From NCBI GenBank assembly GCA_004321885.1, contig SCQK01000014.1, positions 75,646 through 139,645 on the forward strand: DNA of 64,000 nt, read 5' to 3'. The position numbers and the translations under genes are program-made. The DNA comes from Patescibacteria group bacterium. Its GTDB lineage: Bacteria > Patescibacteriota > Patescibacteriia > Magasanikbacterales > GWA2-37-8. The notes beneath the pieces were generated by a model. That model was not told the origin of the DNA. It saw only the letters and a list, made by a program, of their open reading frames with translations, and did not search any database. This document shows, in pieces, positions 9,988 to 18,327 of the stretch (position 1 is its first letter; the number at the start of each line of letters is the position of its first letter).

Positions 9988-10632
9988 CTATTCCATTAAA
10001 ATGTAAGACCGAAAGCCGCCTCCATAACTCGATTCCGCGAATTGTTTTACAAAGTCATTCATCACCCTTCTGGTTGGTTCGTCTTTGATGTTTTCGTGCT
10101 GTTTGATCAGGTTGTTCAGCACGAATTTGTCCCTAAAGTCGCCTTTGCTGTTTAGGTTGGTATTGCCTATGTTGTAATGTTCAAAGAAAAATTGGTGGTC
10201 CATCTGGTCTATTATTCTTGCCACTTTCGTCTCGTCCGAATCCCCGTGTTCAAATTCGTTGAACAGTTCCTTGAGTTCGCGTCCATCCGGTTCTTCCAGG
10301 TAGCCGGCCAAAAGCTCCATCGCTTTTTCTCCAATTTTGTTTTTATATTCGGTAAGTTCTGGGTAGCGGCGGTGCAAGGGCGCAGAGATATCACCTCCGA
10401 AAAGTTCACCCAAATCATGCACCAAGAGCATGGACATTATTTTTTCGCCGTCAATTTTTCCGCCCTCCCTCTTTATTTTTTTCAGTAAAAAATAGGCGAT
10501 AATGCAGGCGCCATAATGATGCTCGGCCAGGGTTTCAACCTCGTGCAGGCGGATGCCGCCCAAAAGATAGCCGGTGAGCGGCTGTTCTTTGGTGAGTTGT
10601 AAGATGGAAAAAAGTTTGACGAGATTTTGCAT
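9988..10632 (-). CDS. HD-domain phosphohydrolase (YfbR-like)
   Basis: H...HD motif (AEHHYGACIIAYFLL...LVHDLGELFGGD). Start chosen at the ATG at 10632 (MQNLVKLFS); the longer ORF to 10800 runs through a tRNA-like remnant. Confidence 0.6.
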   Translation of the reverse strand: MQNLVKLFSILQLTKEQPLTGYLLGGIRLHEVETLAEHHYGACIIAYFLLKKIKREGGKIDGEKIMSMLLVHDLGELFGGDISAPLHRRYPELTEYKNKIGEKAMELLAGYLEEPDGRELKELFNEFEHGDSDETKVARIIDQMDHQFFFEHYNIGNTNLNSKGDFRDKFVLNNLIKQHENIKDEPTRRVMNDFVKQFAESSYGGGFRSYILME

Positions 10633-10633
10633 A

Positions 10634-10653
10634 TTTGTGACCCGGCTGGGATT
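10634..10653. repeat. 20 bp direct repeat TTTGTGACCCGGCTGGGATT duplicating the 3' end of tRNA-Lys (second copy at 10826-10845)
   Basis: Exact 20/20 match. The 170 bp between the copies contains a degenerate T-arm-like GGCGTTCGAATCCCACCG. Confidence 0.7.
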
Positions 10654-10828
10654 TGGCCTCGCCTCTCGCTCGCTTCCGCTCGCTCGGGCTGGCCACCGCC
10701 TCGCGGTTTGGCTCGCCCATAAGCTCGCCAAACATCGCTCCGGCGTTCGAATCCCACCGCGAGCAAAACTATTTGCTCGCTGCCGGTTCCCAAAATTCAA
10801 ATCCGCCTAATTGCGGATTTTAATTTTG

Positions 10829-10901
10829 TGACCCGGCTGGGATTCGAACCCAGGACCTCTTCCTTAAAAGGGAATTGCTCTACCAACTGAGCTACCGGGC
10901 C
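10829..10901 (-). tRNA. tRNA-Lys(TTT)
   Basis: On the minus strand: GGCCCGG-TA-GCTCAGTTGGTAGAGC-A-ATTCC-CTTTTAA-GGAAG-AGGTC-CTGGGTTCGAATCCCAG-CCGGGTC-A. Cloverleaf folds, with anticodon loop CU-UUU-AA. Confidence 0.8.
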
Positions 10902-10989
10902 GTCACTTCACTTTTAACTTATTAAATGATATACTAAATTCACAAGAAAATCAAGAGTCTGGCGTCGTTAAGACGCTATATTACGTATT

Positions 10990-11562
10990 ATGCTCAATAA
11001 AAAGTATTTTCAAAAAGTCCGGGGAGATTTGTTAAATTATGCCGGCGTGCACCGTGAGGTGATAAAAATTTGCGGTGATGCCCAGCATTTAGCCAAAAAA
11101 GCCATTTTTGCCATGCAAAGAGACGGGGGCAAAGACGCGGACAAGCTTTTGGAGCAGGCGCGCGCGCTTTTGGCCGGTCTGCAAAAAAAGCACGCCAAAG
11201 ACAGCCGCGTGTTTGACGAGGGCGCCTACAAAGCGGCTATGGAGGAGTTCGCGGAAGCGGCGCTGTTTTCGGAATATTTGCGGGGCGAAGAAATGGGTGA
11301 AATAAAAAATTTAAACGTCAGTTCGGAAAGTTTCGTCGGCGGTTTGTGTGATGTGCCGGGCGAACTCTTGCGTTATGCCATCAAGTCGGCCACGGAAAAG
11401 GATTTCAAAAAAGTAAAAAAATGTTTTGACGCGGCCGATGCTGTTTTGCGTGAATTAATGGACATGGACTTGACCGGATACAACCGCCAGAAATTTGACC
11501 AGGCCAAACAGGCCTGGTACAAGCTGGAGCAGGTGGCGTATGAGGTGAGCATGAAGGGGTGA
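10990..11562 (+). CDS. hypothetical protein, possibly translin-like
   Basis: 190 aa, all-helical composition. FVGGLCDVPGELLRYAI resembles the translin GLxDLTGEL region. This is weakly supported. Confidence 0.3.
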   Translation: MLNKKYFQKVRGDLLNYAGVHREVIKICGDAQHLAKKAIFAMQRDGGKDADKLLEQARALLAGLQKKHAKDSRVFDEGAYKAAMEEFAEAALFSEYLRGEEMGEIKNLNVSSESFVGGLCDVPGELLRYAIKSATEKDFKKVKKCFDAADAVLRELMDMDLTGYNRQKFDQAKQAWYKLEQVAYEVSMKG

Positions 11563-12854
11563 GTATGAAGAGAATGTTTCATTTGTTAATCGCGTGGCTG
11601 GCCTATTGGTTTTACGGCCGGCCGGCGAGAAAATTGATTGTGGTGGGCGTTACCGGCACCAAGGGTAAATCCACCGCCTGCCGGCTCATCGCTTCGGTGA
11701 TGGAAGCCGGCGGGCACAAAGTCGGTCTGCTTACCACGGTGGAGTTTCAAATAGCGGACAAGCGCTGGGCCAATGACAAAAAAATGACCATGCTCGGGCG
11801 CGGGCAGATTCAAAAAATGCTGGCGGAAATGGTGAAAGCTGGTTGCCGCTATGCCGTGGTAGAGACATCGTCAGAGGGAATTTTGCAATTTCGGCATTAT
11901 GGTTTGAATTACGACATCGCCGTGTTCATGAATTTGGGCGAAGAGCACAGCGAACGTCACGGCGGATTTGCCAATTTGAAACGTGATAAGGGAAAAATGT
12001 TCGCCGGTCTGAACCGGGCGCGCCGCAAAATTATCGGCGGCAAATCAGTGCCTAAAGTTATCGTGGCAAACGTTGACGATGAAAACGCGAAATACTACAT
12101 GTCTTTCGCGGCTGATGAAAAATACGAATTTGGAATGCGCGACGCGAACATTACAAAGAGCGATGAAAGCGGCGTGGAGTTCGCGGCGCAAAATGTAAAA
12201 TACAAAATAAATTTAGTGGGTGAGTTCAATGTTTATAACGCCTTGGCCGCGATAGCCGTGGGCAAGTCGCAAGGAATAAGCGAAGCGCAAATCGCGGCCG
12301 GATTGGCGAGCGTGAAACTGGTGCCGGGCAGGATGGAGTTTATAAACGAAGGGCAGGATTTCAAAGTGGTGGTTGACTACGCTCATGAGCCGATGAGTTT
12401 GACCGAACTATTCAAAACTTTGCGCCGGCTGATTGGGCCGCAGAACAAAATTATCGCCGTGGTCGGCTCGGACGGCGGCGGCCGCGACAAAGGCAAGCGC
12501 GCTAAAATGGGCGAGATAGCGGGCCGGCTCACCGACCGCGTGGTTATCACTGATGTAAATTGTTTTGATGAAGATCCCAAGTCCATTGCCGAGATGCTCG
12601 CGGCCGGGGCGCGCGCGGCCGGCAAAACAGAGAGCATTGATTTGTTTATAGAGCTGGACCGTGCCAAGGCGATGGAAAAAGCAATGTCGCTGGCCGGCGC
12701 TGGCGACGCCGTGGTTATCACGGCCAAAGGCACCGAGCAGTGGATTGCCGTGGCCAAGGGCAAGAAAATTCCGTGGGACGACAGAGAAGTGGCGCGAAAA
12801 ATTTTGAATCAAATACCCAGCCCAAGCAAGTGTATTAGTGTGATTAGTGAATAA
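11559..12854 (+). CDS. Mur ligase family protein (MurE-like central and C-terminal domains, short N-terminus)
   Basis: P-loop VVGVTGTKGKSTA at residue 30 and VVVDYAHEP...AVVGSDGGGRDKGKR typical of MurE. It lacks the usual roughly 100 aa N-terminal domain. Confidence 0.6.
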   Translation: MSMKRMFHLLIAWLAYWFYGRPARKLIVVGVTGTKGKSTACRLIASVMEAGGHKVGLLTTVEFQIADKRWANDKKMTMLGRGQIQKMLAEMVKAGCRYAVVETSSEGILQFRHYGLNYDIAVFMNLGEEHSERHGGFANLKRDKGKMFAGLNRARRKIIGGKSVPKVIVANVDDENAKYYMSFAADEKYEFGMRDANITKSDESGVEFAAQNVKYKINLVGEFNVYNALAAIAVGKSQGISEAQIAAGLASVKLVPGRMEFINEGQDFKVVVDYAHEPMSLTELFKTLRRLIGPQNKIIAVVGSDGGGRDKGKRAKMGEIAGRLTDRVVITDVNCFDEDPKSIAEMLAAGARAAGKTESIDLFIELDRAKAMEKAMSLAGAGDAVVITAKGTEQWIAVAKGKKIPWDDREVARKILNQIPSPSKCISVISE

Positions 12855-13506
12855 GATTAGTGGTTCTATGTCTCTCATTAAAAAAATCCAGCCGCGCGAG
12901 GGCGAGCTCGTGGTGCGCGCGGTCTATCGCTACCAGCTGACAAACTGGTGGAAGTACATGCTGGGTTTCGCGCTCTTGTTCGCGGCCTCGTTTTTCATGT
13001 TTCGGTTTTTTTCCTGGGGGCTTTTCGGTTACGGGCTTTTCGGCGTTTGTGTTCTTGTCGGTGCCATGTTCATTTTAAGAACATACATATTCAATCGCAC
13101 GAATTGCCTTGTTATCACCGACCAGAGGGTCGTTGACATCAATCGCGTCAGCATGTTTGACGAGGTGATTTCTTCGGTCGGGCATCATGATATTTTGGAC
13201 GTTTCAGCCAGGCGCAACGGCATTTTGGAAAATATTTTCAATTACGGCGGCATCAGCATTCATACCAAAAACAGCCAGTTCGCGCTGGATATCGTGAAAG
13301 TGCGCCGTCCGATTGACGTGCAGGCTGTCATTTTGGAGCTGGGCGACCGCCACTTGCGCGCCCGCGCCGCGAGCGATTCGGCCGCCGTTTGCCGCGGCTT
13401 TATCAAAATAATTCCCGAACTCTCGCAGAAAGACCTTATAGCTATCGGCAATTTGATAAATGAACAGATAGATAAGGTTTCGCCTTTCGGAGAGCGTCAA
13501 ATATGA
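12847..13506 (+). CDS. membrane protein with bacterial PH (bPH_2/YdbT-like) domain
   Basis: Two N-terminal TM helices, then ITDQRVVDINRVSMFDEV...GGISIHTKNSQFALDIV. Confidence 0.45.
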   Translation: MNKISGSMSLIKKIQPREGELVVRAVYRYQLTNWWKYMLGFALLFAASFFMFRFFSWGLFGYGLFGVCVLVGAMFILRTYIFNRTNCLVITDQRVVDINRVSMFDEVISSVGHHDILDVSARRNGILENIFNYGGISIHTKNSQFALDIVKVRRPIDVQAVILELGDRHLRARAASDSAAVCRGFIKIIPELSQKDLIAIGNLINEQIDKVSPFGERQI

Positions 13507-13925
13507 CGAGACAAGATCGGGGCTGGAAAAAAATTTTTAATTCGCGCTTGTTTTTGTTCGCTTTGACAGGCGCGGCCGTGTTTGTAATTTTTGTTTACGT
13601 CAAAACTTATTATCAGGACTTCTTGGTGCGCCAGGAAATAGCGCGCCTGCAGGAAAGCGCCGCTGTTTTGCAGGCCAGAAAATTGGAATTGGCCCAGGCC
13701 TTGCAATACGCCAAATCCAGCTCTTTTGTGGAGGAAAAAGCGCGCACCGAGCTGAATATGGCCAAGCCGGGCGAGCGCGTTTTGATTATCCCGGATGCCG
13801 CGGCCGGTCCGGCCGGCGTTAACGGGGAAAGCGGACAAAAAATTTATGGACAAGCCGGGAAAACTGTGGTACAATCGTCAAACGAATCAAATTTTTACAA
13901 GTGGTGGAAATTTTTTACAAGATAA
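13503..13925 (+). CDS. septum formation initiator FtsB/DivIC-like
   Basis: Single TM helix plus a coiled coil (QEIARLQESAAVLQARKLELAQALQYAKSSSFVEEKARTELNMAKPGE). Confidence 0.5.
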   Translation: MTRQDRGWKKIFNSRLFLFALTGAAVFVIFVYVKTYYQDFLVRQEIARLQESAAVLQARKLELAQALQYAKSSSFVEEKARTELNMAKPGERVLIIPDAAAGPAGVNGESGQKIYGQAGKTVVQSSNESNFYKWWKFFTR

Positions 13926-13935
13926 AAATTAAATT

Positions 13936-14949
13936 ATGCAAGAGCAAAACATGTCAGGAGGAGCGGAAAATTTTAATCAGGAGAAAAAATTTAACGGCAA
14001 AATGTTTTTGCTGGGTCTCTTGGGATTTTTGGCTTTGGCTTTGGCCGCGGCGCTGGCCGTGGGCATTTACCGCGTTTACGCCAAGGCGGCCACAGACGGC
14101 TTTACCCTGACCGTGGCCAGGGTTTTACGTTTGCCCGCGTTTAAGGCGGATGACAAGGCCGTGCTGTACGTGGATTATGCCGATGACCTGCGCGCCATTC
14201 GCGCGATGAGAGACTTTGACAAGAAAAATAACGGCGAAAACGCCGAGCTCACGGACCAGCAGATGTCGGACCAGGTTTTGTGGCGACTGCTGAATAATGT
14301 TTTGCTGGACAAAGCCGCCAAAACATATAATTTGAAAGTGCAGGAAAGCGATTTGCGCGATTTGAAGCGCCAGGTGATGCAGAATTTCAAGAATGAAGAC
14401 GAAGCGAATAAGGAAATTAAAGAAAGATACGGCTGGGATTTTGCCACCTATCAAAAAAAGGTGATGAGCCAGTATGTCTTGCAAAGCAAGCTTGACCAGG
14501 AGGTGCAGGGGGATAAAAAATTGCTTGACGAACAGTTTGTTTTGGCGAATAAAGTACTGACCGAGGTAAAGGGCGGGGCGGATTTTGCCGAGCTGGCGAA
14601 AAAATACGGGCAGGACGGCACGGCCGCGGCCGGGGGCGATTTGGGCTGGTTTGCCAAAGGCGAAATGGTGCCGGCGTTTGAAACCGCCGCGTTCGCGCTA
14701 AAGAAAGGCGAGCTGGCCAAAGACCCGGTAGAAACCGAATTTGGTTTTCATGTTTTGAAAGTGACTGACAAGAAAACCGAGAAGAAAAAAGACGCCAAGG
14801 GCAAGACAACCTCGGTGGCGCAAGTGCGAGCCAGTCATATTCTTTTCCGTCGGCCCAACGCGTCGCAATATCTGGACAAGCTGGCGCGGCAGGCCAATTT
14901 ACATTTATATATAGCCGTGCACGACCCGTTTGCCGGGTTGAAGAAATAA
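13936..14949 (+). CDS. peptidyl-prolyl cis-trans isomerase, parvulin type (PrsA/SurA-like)
   Basis: N-terminal TM helix and a C-terminal parvulin signature GGDLGWFAKGEMVPAFETAAFALKKGE...FGFHVLKV. Confidence 0.7.
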   Translation: MQEQNMSGGAENFNQEKKFNGKMFLLGLLGFLALALAAALAVGIYRVYAKAATDGFTLTVARVLRLPAFKADDKAVLYVDYADDLRAIRAMRDFDKKNNGENAELTDQQMSDQVLWRLLNNVLLDKAAKTYNLKVQESDLRDLKRQVMQNFKNEDEANKEIKERYGWDFATYQKKVMSQYVLQSKLDQEVQGDKKLLDEQFVLANKVLTEVKGGADFAELAKKYGQDGTAAAGGDLGWFAKGEMVPAFETAAFALKKGELAKDPVETEFGFHVLKVTDKKTEKKKDAKGKTTSVAQVRASHILFRRPNASQYLDKLARQANLHLYIAVHDPFAGLKK

Positions 14950-14990
14950 TTGGAGCGGGATACGAGAATCGAACTCGCATCTCTTGCTTG

Positions 14991-15104
14991 CCCCCACACC
15001 AATAATATTGAGCGGACGATGGGAATCGAACCCACGCCTCAACCTTGGGAAGGTCGCATACTACCATTATACTACGCCCGCGTATCGCACTATTGGTGTG
15101 GGGG
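14991..15104. mobile_element. 114 bp MITE-like element with 14 bp perfect inverted repeats (CCCCCACACCAATA...TATTGGTGTGGGGG) carrying a complete tRNA-Gly(CCC); 4 bp direct duplication CTTG at 14987-14990 and 15105-15108
   Basis: Inverted repeats and flanking duplication read directly. Removing the element plus one duplication copy restores an intact tRNA. Confidence 0.7.
15011..15081 (-). tRNA. tRNA-Gly(CCC), the cargo of the inserted element
   Basis: On the minus strand: GCGGGCG-TA-GTATAATGGTAGTAT-G-CGACC-TTCCCAA-GGTTG-AGGC-GTGGGTTCGATTCCCAT-CGTCCGC-T. Confidence 0.8.
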
Positions 15105-15147
15105 CTTGGGAAGCAAGCATACTGCCACTGTACTAATCCCGCGATTG

Positions 15148-15220
15148 AGCCGACCATGGGACTCGGACCCATAACCTACGGTTTACGATACCGTTGCTCT
15201 ACCAGTTGAGCTAGGTCGGC
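15148..15220 (-). tRNA. tRNA-Thr(CGT)
   Basis: On the minus strand: GCCGACC-TA-GCTCAACTGGTAGAGC-A-ACGGT-ATCGTAA-ACCGT-AGGTT-ATGGGTCCGAGTCCCAT-GGTCGGC-T. Confidence 0.75.
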
Positions 15221-15273
15221 GTTACTGCATACATTTTGCCAGAAAAACTGGCGCGGGTCAATGACCTGTGGTA

Positions 15274-15288
15274 TAATATCGTCATCCC
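15274..15288 (+). promoter_or_regulatory. extended -10 promoter (TGgTATAAT) upstream of ftsE
   Basis: gtggtataat at 15279-15288. Confidence 0.4.
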
Positions 15289-15293
15289 GTCGT

Positions 15294-15974
15294 ATGATTA
15301 CCATCAGCGGAGTGACAAAAATTTATCCCACCGGCACGCCCGCTTTGCGCAACGTGAACCTGCATATCAATGCGGGCGATTTTGTTTCTATCGTGGGCCA
15401 GAGCGGCACCGGCAAATCCACGCTGGTGAAATTGATGATTGCCGAAGAAAAGCCGTCCAAGGGCACGATAGACATCGGCGGCTGGGATATCACGCGCATC
15501 AGGCGCGGCGACGTGCCGTTTTTCCGCCGGCAAATCGGCGTGGTCTTTCAGGATTACAAGCTTCTGCCGAAAAAGACCGCCTACGAAAACATTGCCTTTG
15601 CTTTGGAAGTGGCCGGCGAAACTTATCGCCGCATTCACAAAATCATTCCGCAGGTGCTTGACATCGTTGGTCTCTCGCACAAGCACAACAGCTATCCTTT
15701 TCAGCTTTCCGGCGGTGAACAACAGCGCATCGCCATCGCGCGTTCTTTGGTGCACCGGCCTAAAATCATCGTGGCCGACGAGCCCACGGGAAATTTAGAC
15801 GCCATCAACGCGGCCGAGATTGTTTCTATCCTCAAAAAAATAAACGAATTCGGCACCACGGTTTTACTGGTCACGCACAACCGCGAAATCGTCAATCATT
15901 TGCGCCGCCGCGTCATCACCCTGCACGGCGGAGAAATCGTCAACGACGAACAGGAAGGAAAATACCGTTTATAG
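15294..15974 (+). CDS. ftsE: cell division ATP-binding protein FtsE
   Basis: Walker A GQSGTGKST, signature LSGGEQQRIAIARSL and Walker B IIVADEPTGNLD. FtsX follows directly. Confidence 0.85.
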   Translation: MITISGVTKIYPTGTPALRNVNLHINAGDFVSIVGQSGTGKSTLVKLMIAEEKPSKGTIDIGGWDITRIRRGDVPFFRRQIGVVFQDYKLLPKKTAYENIAFALEVAGETYRRIHKIIPQVLDIVGLSHKHNSYPFQLSGGEQQRIAIARSLVHRPKIIVADEPTGNLDAINAAEIVSILKKINEFGTTVLLVTHNREIVNHLRRRVITLHGGEIVNDEQEGKYRL

Positions 15975-15975
15975 T

Positions 15976-16884
15976 ATGCTCGCTCTACTGCGCATCATCA
16001 AATACGCCCTGCAAGACATTTGGCGCAACATCAGTCTGTCGTTCATGACGGTTTTTATTTTGGTGCTGATGCTACTTTCGGTAAACACCCTGTGGTCACT
16101 GGATGTTTTAACCAAAGAAGCCGTGGGCCTGGTGAAAAAACAGGTTGACGTCAGCTTTTATTTTTACGCCGGCGCCAATCCCAAAGACGTGGCCGAGATA
16201 AAAAAATATCTGGGCTCGTTTCCCGAAGTGGTTTCAGTGGCGGTGCAGTCGCCCGAGGACGTGCTGAAATCTTTTAAGGAGCGGCACAAAGACGAAAGCG
16301 ACGTGGAAAACGCTCTGACCGAATTGGGCGAAAATCCGTTCGGTCCCACGCTCACCGTGAAAACCAAAGAGCCGAAGGATTACCAGAAAATAATGACGGC
16401 GATGAACGTGCCTGAGTACAAAAATTTGATAGAAAAGCGCAGTTTTGAGAATCACGAGGCGGCCATAGAACGTTTGCAAAACATTATCAACCGCATAGAA
16501 AAAATCGTGCTGGGCCTCACCGCCATGTTCGCCATTATTTCTTTCTTGATTATTTTCAACACCATCCGCGTGGCCATCAACACCCAGCGCGTGGAAATCA
16601 GCATCAAGCGCCTGGTGGGAGCCAGCAATTGGTTTATCCGCGGGCCGTATATAGTGGAGTCGTTTTTATTTACCTGCCTAAGCGTGGCGGCCACCGTCTT
16701 TTTGGTTTTTTTCGCTTTGCAATACCTGGACCCTTATTTGGCCGCTGTTTTGCCCGCGGGTTCATCCTTGACAAATTACTACAATTCGCATATATTCGTC
16801 CTGTTCGGCGTGCAAACAACGGCCGTGCTCCTGCTTACTATCGCTTCCAGCGTTTTGGCGATGAGGAAGCAGTTGAAGGTGTAA
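15976..16884 (+). CDS. ftsX: cell division permease FtsX
   Basis: 302 aa with the FtsX-type 4-TM topology (KRLVGASNWFIRGPYIVE), partnered with ftsE. Confidence 0.8.
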   Translation: MLALLRIIKYALQDIWRNISLSFMTVFILVLMLLSVNTLWSLDVLTKEAVGLVKKQVDVSFYFYAGANPKDVAEIKKYLGSFPEVVSVAVQSPEDVLKSFKERHKDESDVENALTELGENPFGPTLTVKTKEPKDYQKIMTAMNVPEYKNLIEKRSFENHEAAIERLQNIINRIEKIVLGLTAMFAIISFLIIFNTIRVAINTQRVEISIKRLVGASNWFIRGPYIVESFLFTCLSVAATVFLVFFALQYLDPYLAAVLPAGSSLTNYYNSHIFVLFGVQTTAVLLLTIASSVLAMRKQLKV

Positions 16885-17013
16885 TTCCGGGGTCGTCCAA
16901 TGGCAAGACAGAGGCCTTTGAAGCCTCTTATCCAGGTCCGAATCCTGGCCCCGGAACACAGTTAATTGTGCAGTCGCTTTTAAGGCGGCTTTTTGGTATA
17001 ATGCCAGAATCGT

Positions 17014-17466
17014 ATGGAAATTAATTATTCAAGAGCCAACAGGCGCGATAAGCAAGATGTTTATGAGCTTAGCTTGTTGTTGAACAAAGGGGACGATACC
17101 AAAACAACCAAAGACATAGAAGAATCTGTTAATAGGGCGCTGAAAAATAATTTGGTGTGGTCGGCGAAAGACGAAGACAGAATCATCGGTTATGTTCTTT
17201 GTGAATTGTTTGATGAGACCCAATTGAATTTTCCGAACTCAATTTTTATTTCCGAACTTTATGTAGTTGACGCGTTTCGCAAGCAAGGAGTTGGTAAAGA
17301 GCTCGTTAAAATGGTGCTATCCAATAAATTTCCAAAAAAGTATTACTATTTTTCCGTAACACACGATCCTAAGGCGTTTTATTTAACTGATTTTTATAAA
17401 TCCTGCGGGTTTGAAGAAAAGGGCATAACGAATGCGGGAAATATAAAATTAACGAGAAAAATATAA
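17014..17466 (+). CDS. GNAT family N-acetyltransferase
   Basis: LYVVDAFRKQGVGKELVKMVL is the acetyl-CoA-binding motif A region. Confidence 0.55.
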   Translation: MEINYSRANRRDKQDVYELSLLLNKGDDTKTTKDIEESVNRALKNNLVWSAKDEDRIIGYVLCELFDETQLNFPNSIFISELYVVDAFRKQGVGKELVKMVLSNKFPKKYYYFSVTHDPKAFYLTDFYKSCGFEEKGITNAGNIKLTRKI

Positions 17467-17483
17467 TTAACATCAAAAATAAT

Positions 17484-18323
17484 ATGGAGAAAACAAAAAT
17501 CGCAATTTTTAAGGGCAAAAAAGTTCGCAAGATTCTATTTCAAAAAGAGTGGTGGTTTGTCATAAATGATGTCATTGAAATGTTGACGGATTCAGGTGAT
17601 CCAGCCCAATACTTTAAGAGATTAAAAGAAAGAGACGAGGAGCTGGCAAAAATCGTAGACAAAGGGGGGGTACAATTTGTACCACCCCTCATGCTTGTTG
17701 TAGAAACTGCCGGTGGCAAGCAAAAAATGTATTGCTGGAATACTGAGGGTATTTTTCGTCTTGTACAATCAATCCCGTCGCCAAAAGCCGAGCCATTTAA
17801 GCGCTGGCTGGCCAGGGTGGGCTATGAGCGTGTGCAGGAAATTGAGAACCCGGAATTGGCCACTAAACGAACGCGGATGTTATACAAGTTAAAAGGCTAT
17901 CCTGATAGTTGGATAGAAAAACGAATGCGCGGCATTGAAGTGCGCGAAACCCTGACTGACCAGTGGCAAAAACACGAAGTGAAACTGCAAAAAGAGTACG
18001 AAATACTAACCGCCGAAATCGCCCGTGCCACTTTCGGCCTTACTCCAAGCCAGCATAAAAAAGTTAAAGGTTTAAAAAGAGAAAATCTGCGCGACCACAT
18101 GAACGACTTGGAGTTGATTTTTTCCATGCTTGGCGAAGCCGCCACCACGGAAATCGTCCGCAACGAACATCCGCTTGGATTTGTGAAAAATAAAAAAGTT
18201 GCCAAACGCGGCGGCGGCGTGGCCGGTTTGGCCAGAAAGAAGATGGAAATAGAAACCGGTAAAAAAGTAGTGAGCAAAGAAAATTATCTGCCGCTGATAA
18301 AAAGAAAAAAGCGGTTAAAATAA
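17484..18323 (+). CDS. Bro-N domain protein (DinD/antirepressor-like)
   Basis: N-terminal IAIFKGKKVRKILFQKEWWFVINDVIEML matches the Bro-N fold signature. The C-terminus is basic. Confidence 0.4.
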   Translation: MEKTKIAIFKGKKVRKILFQKEWWFVINDVIEMLTDSGDPAQYFKRLKERDEELAKIVDKGGVQFVPPLMLVVETAGGKQKMYCWNTEGIFRLVQSIPSPKAEPFKRWLARVGYERVQEIENPELATKRTRMLYKLKGYPDSWIEKRMRGIEVRETLTDQWQKHEVKLQKEYEILTAEIARATFGLTPSQHKKVKGLKRENLRDHMNDLELIFSMLGEAATTEIVRNEHPLGFVKNKKVAKRGGGVAGLARKKMEIETGKKVVSKENYLPLIKRKKRLK

Positions 18324-18327
18324 TTTT

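Larger units (their letters stand above)
14951..15142 (-). tRNA. tRNA-Gly(CCC) gene interrupted in the anticodon arm by a 114 bp inverted-repeat-flanked element; exons GCGGGATTAGTACAGTGGCAGTATGCTTGCTTCCCAAG / CAAGAGATGCGAGTTCGATTCTCGTATCCCGCTCCA
   Basis: Joining the two halves gives a perfect 74 nt cloverleaf: 7 bp acceptor GCGGGAT/ATCCCGC, anticodon arm CTTGC-TTCCCAA-GCAAG, and an encoded CCA. Confidence 0.75.

Noticed and set aside
9566-10006. 146 aa plus-strand ORF and other small ORFs overlapping the miaB-like gene
   Set aside because: They are opposite-strand shadows of a well-supported radical-SAM gene and are rich in R/A/P.
14950-15174. 74 aa plus-strand ORF (MERDTRIELAS...)
   Set aside because: It lies entirely over three minus-strand tRNA genes and the inserted element. 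It is a coincidental open frame in structured RNA sequence.
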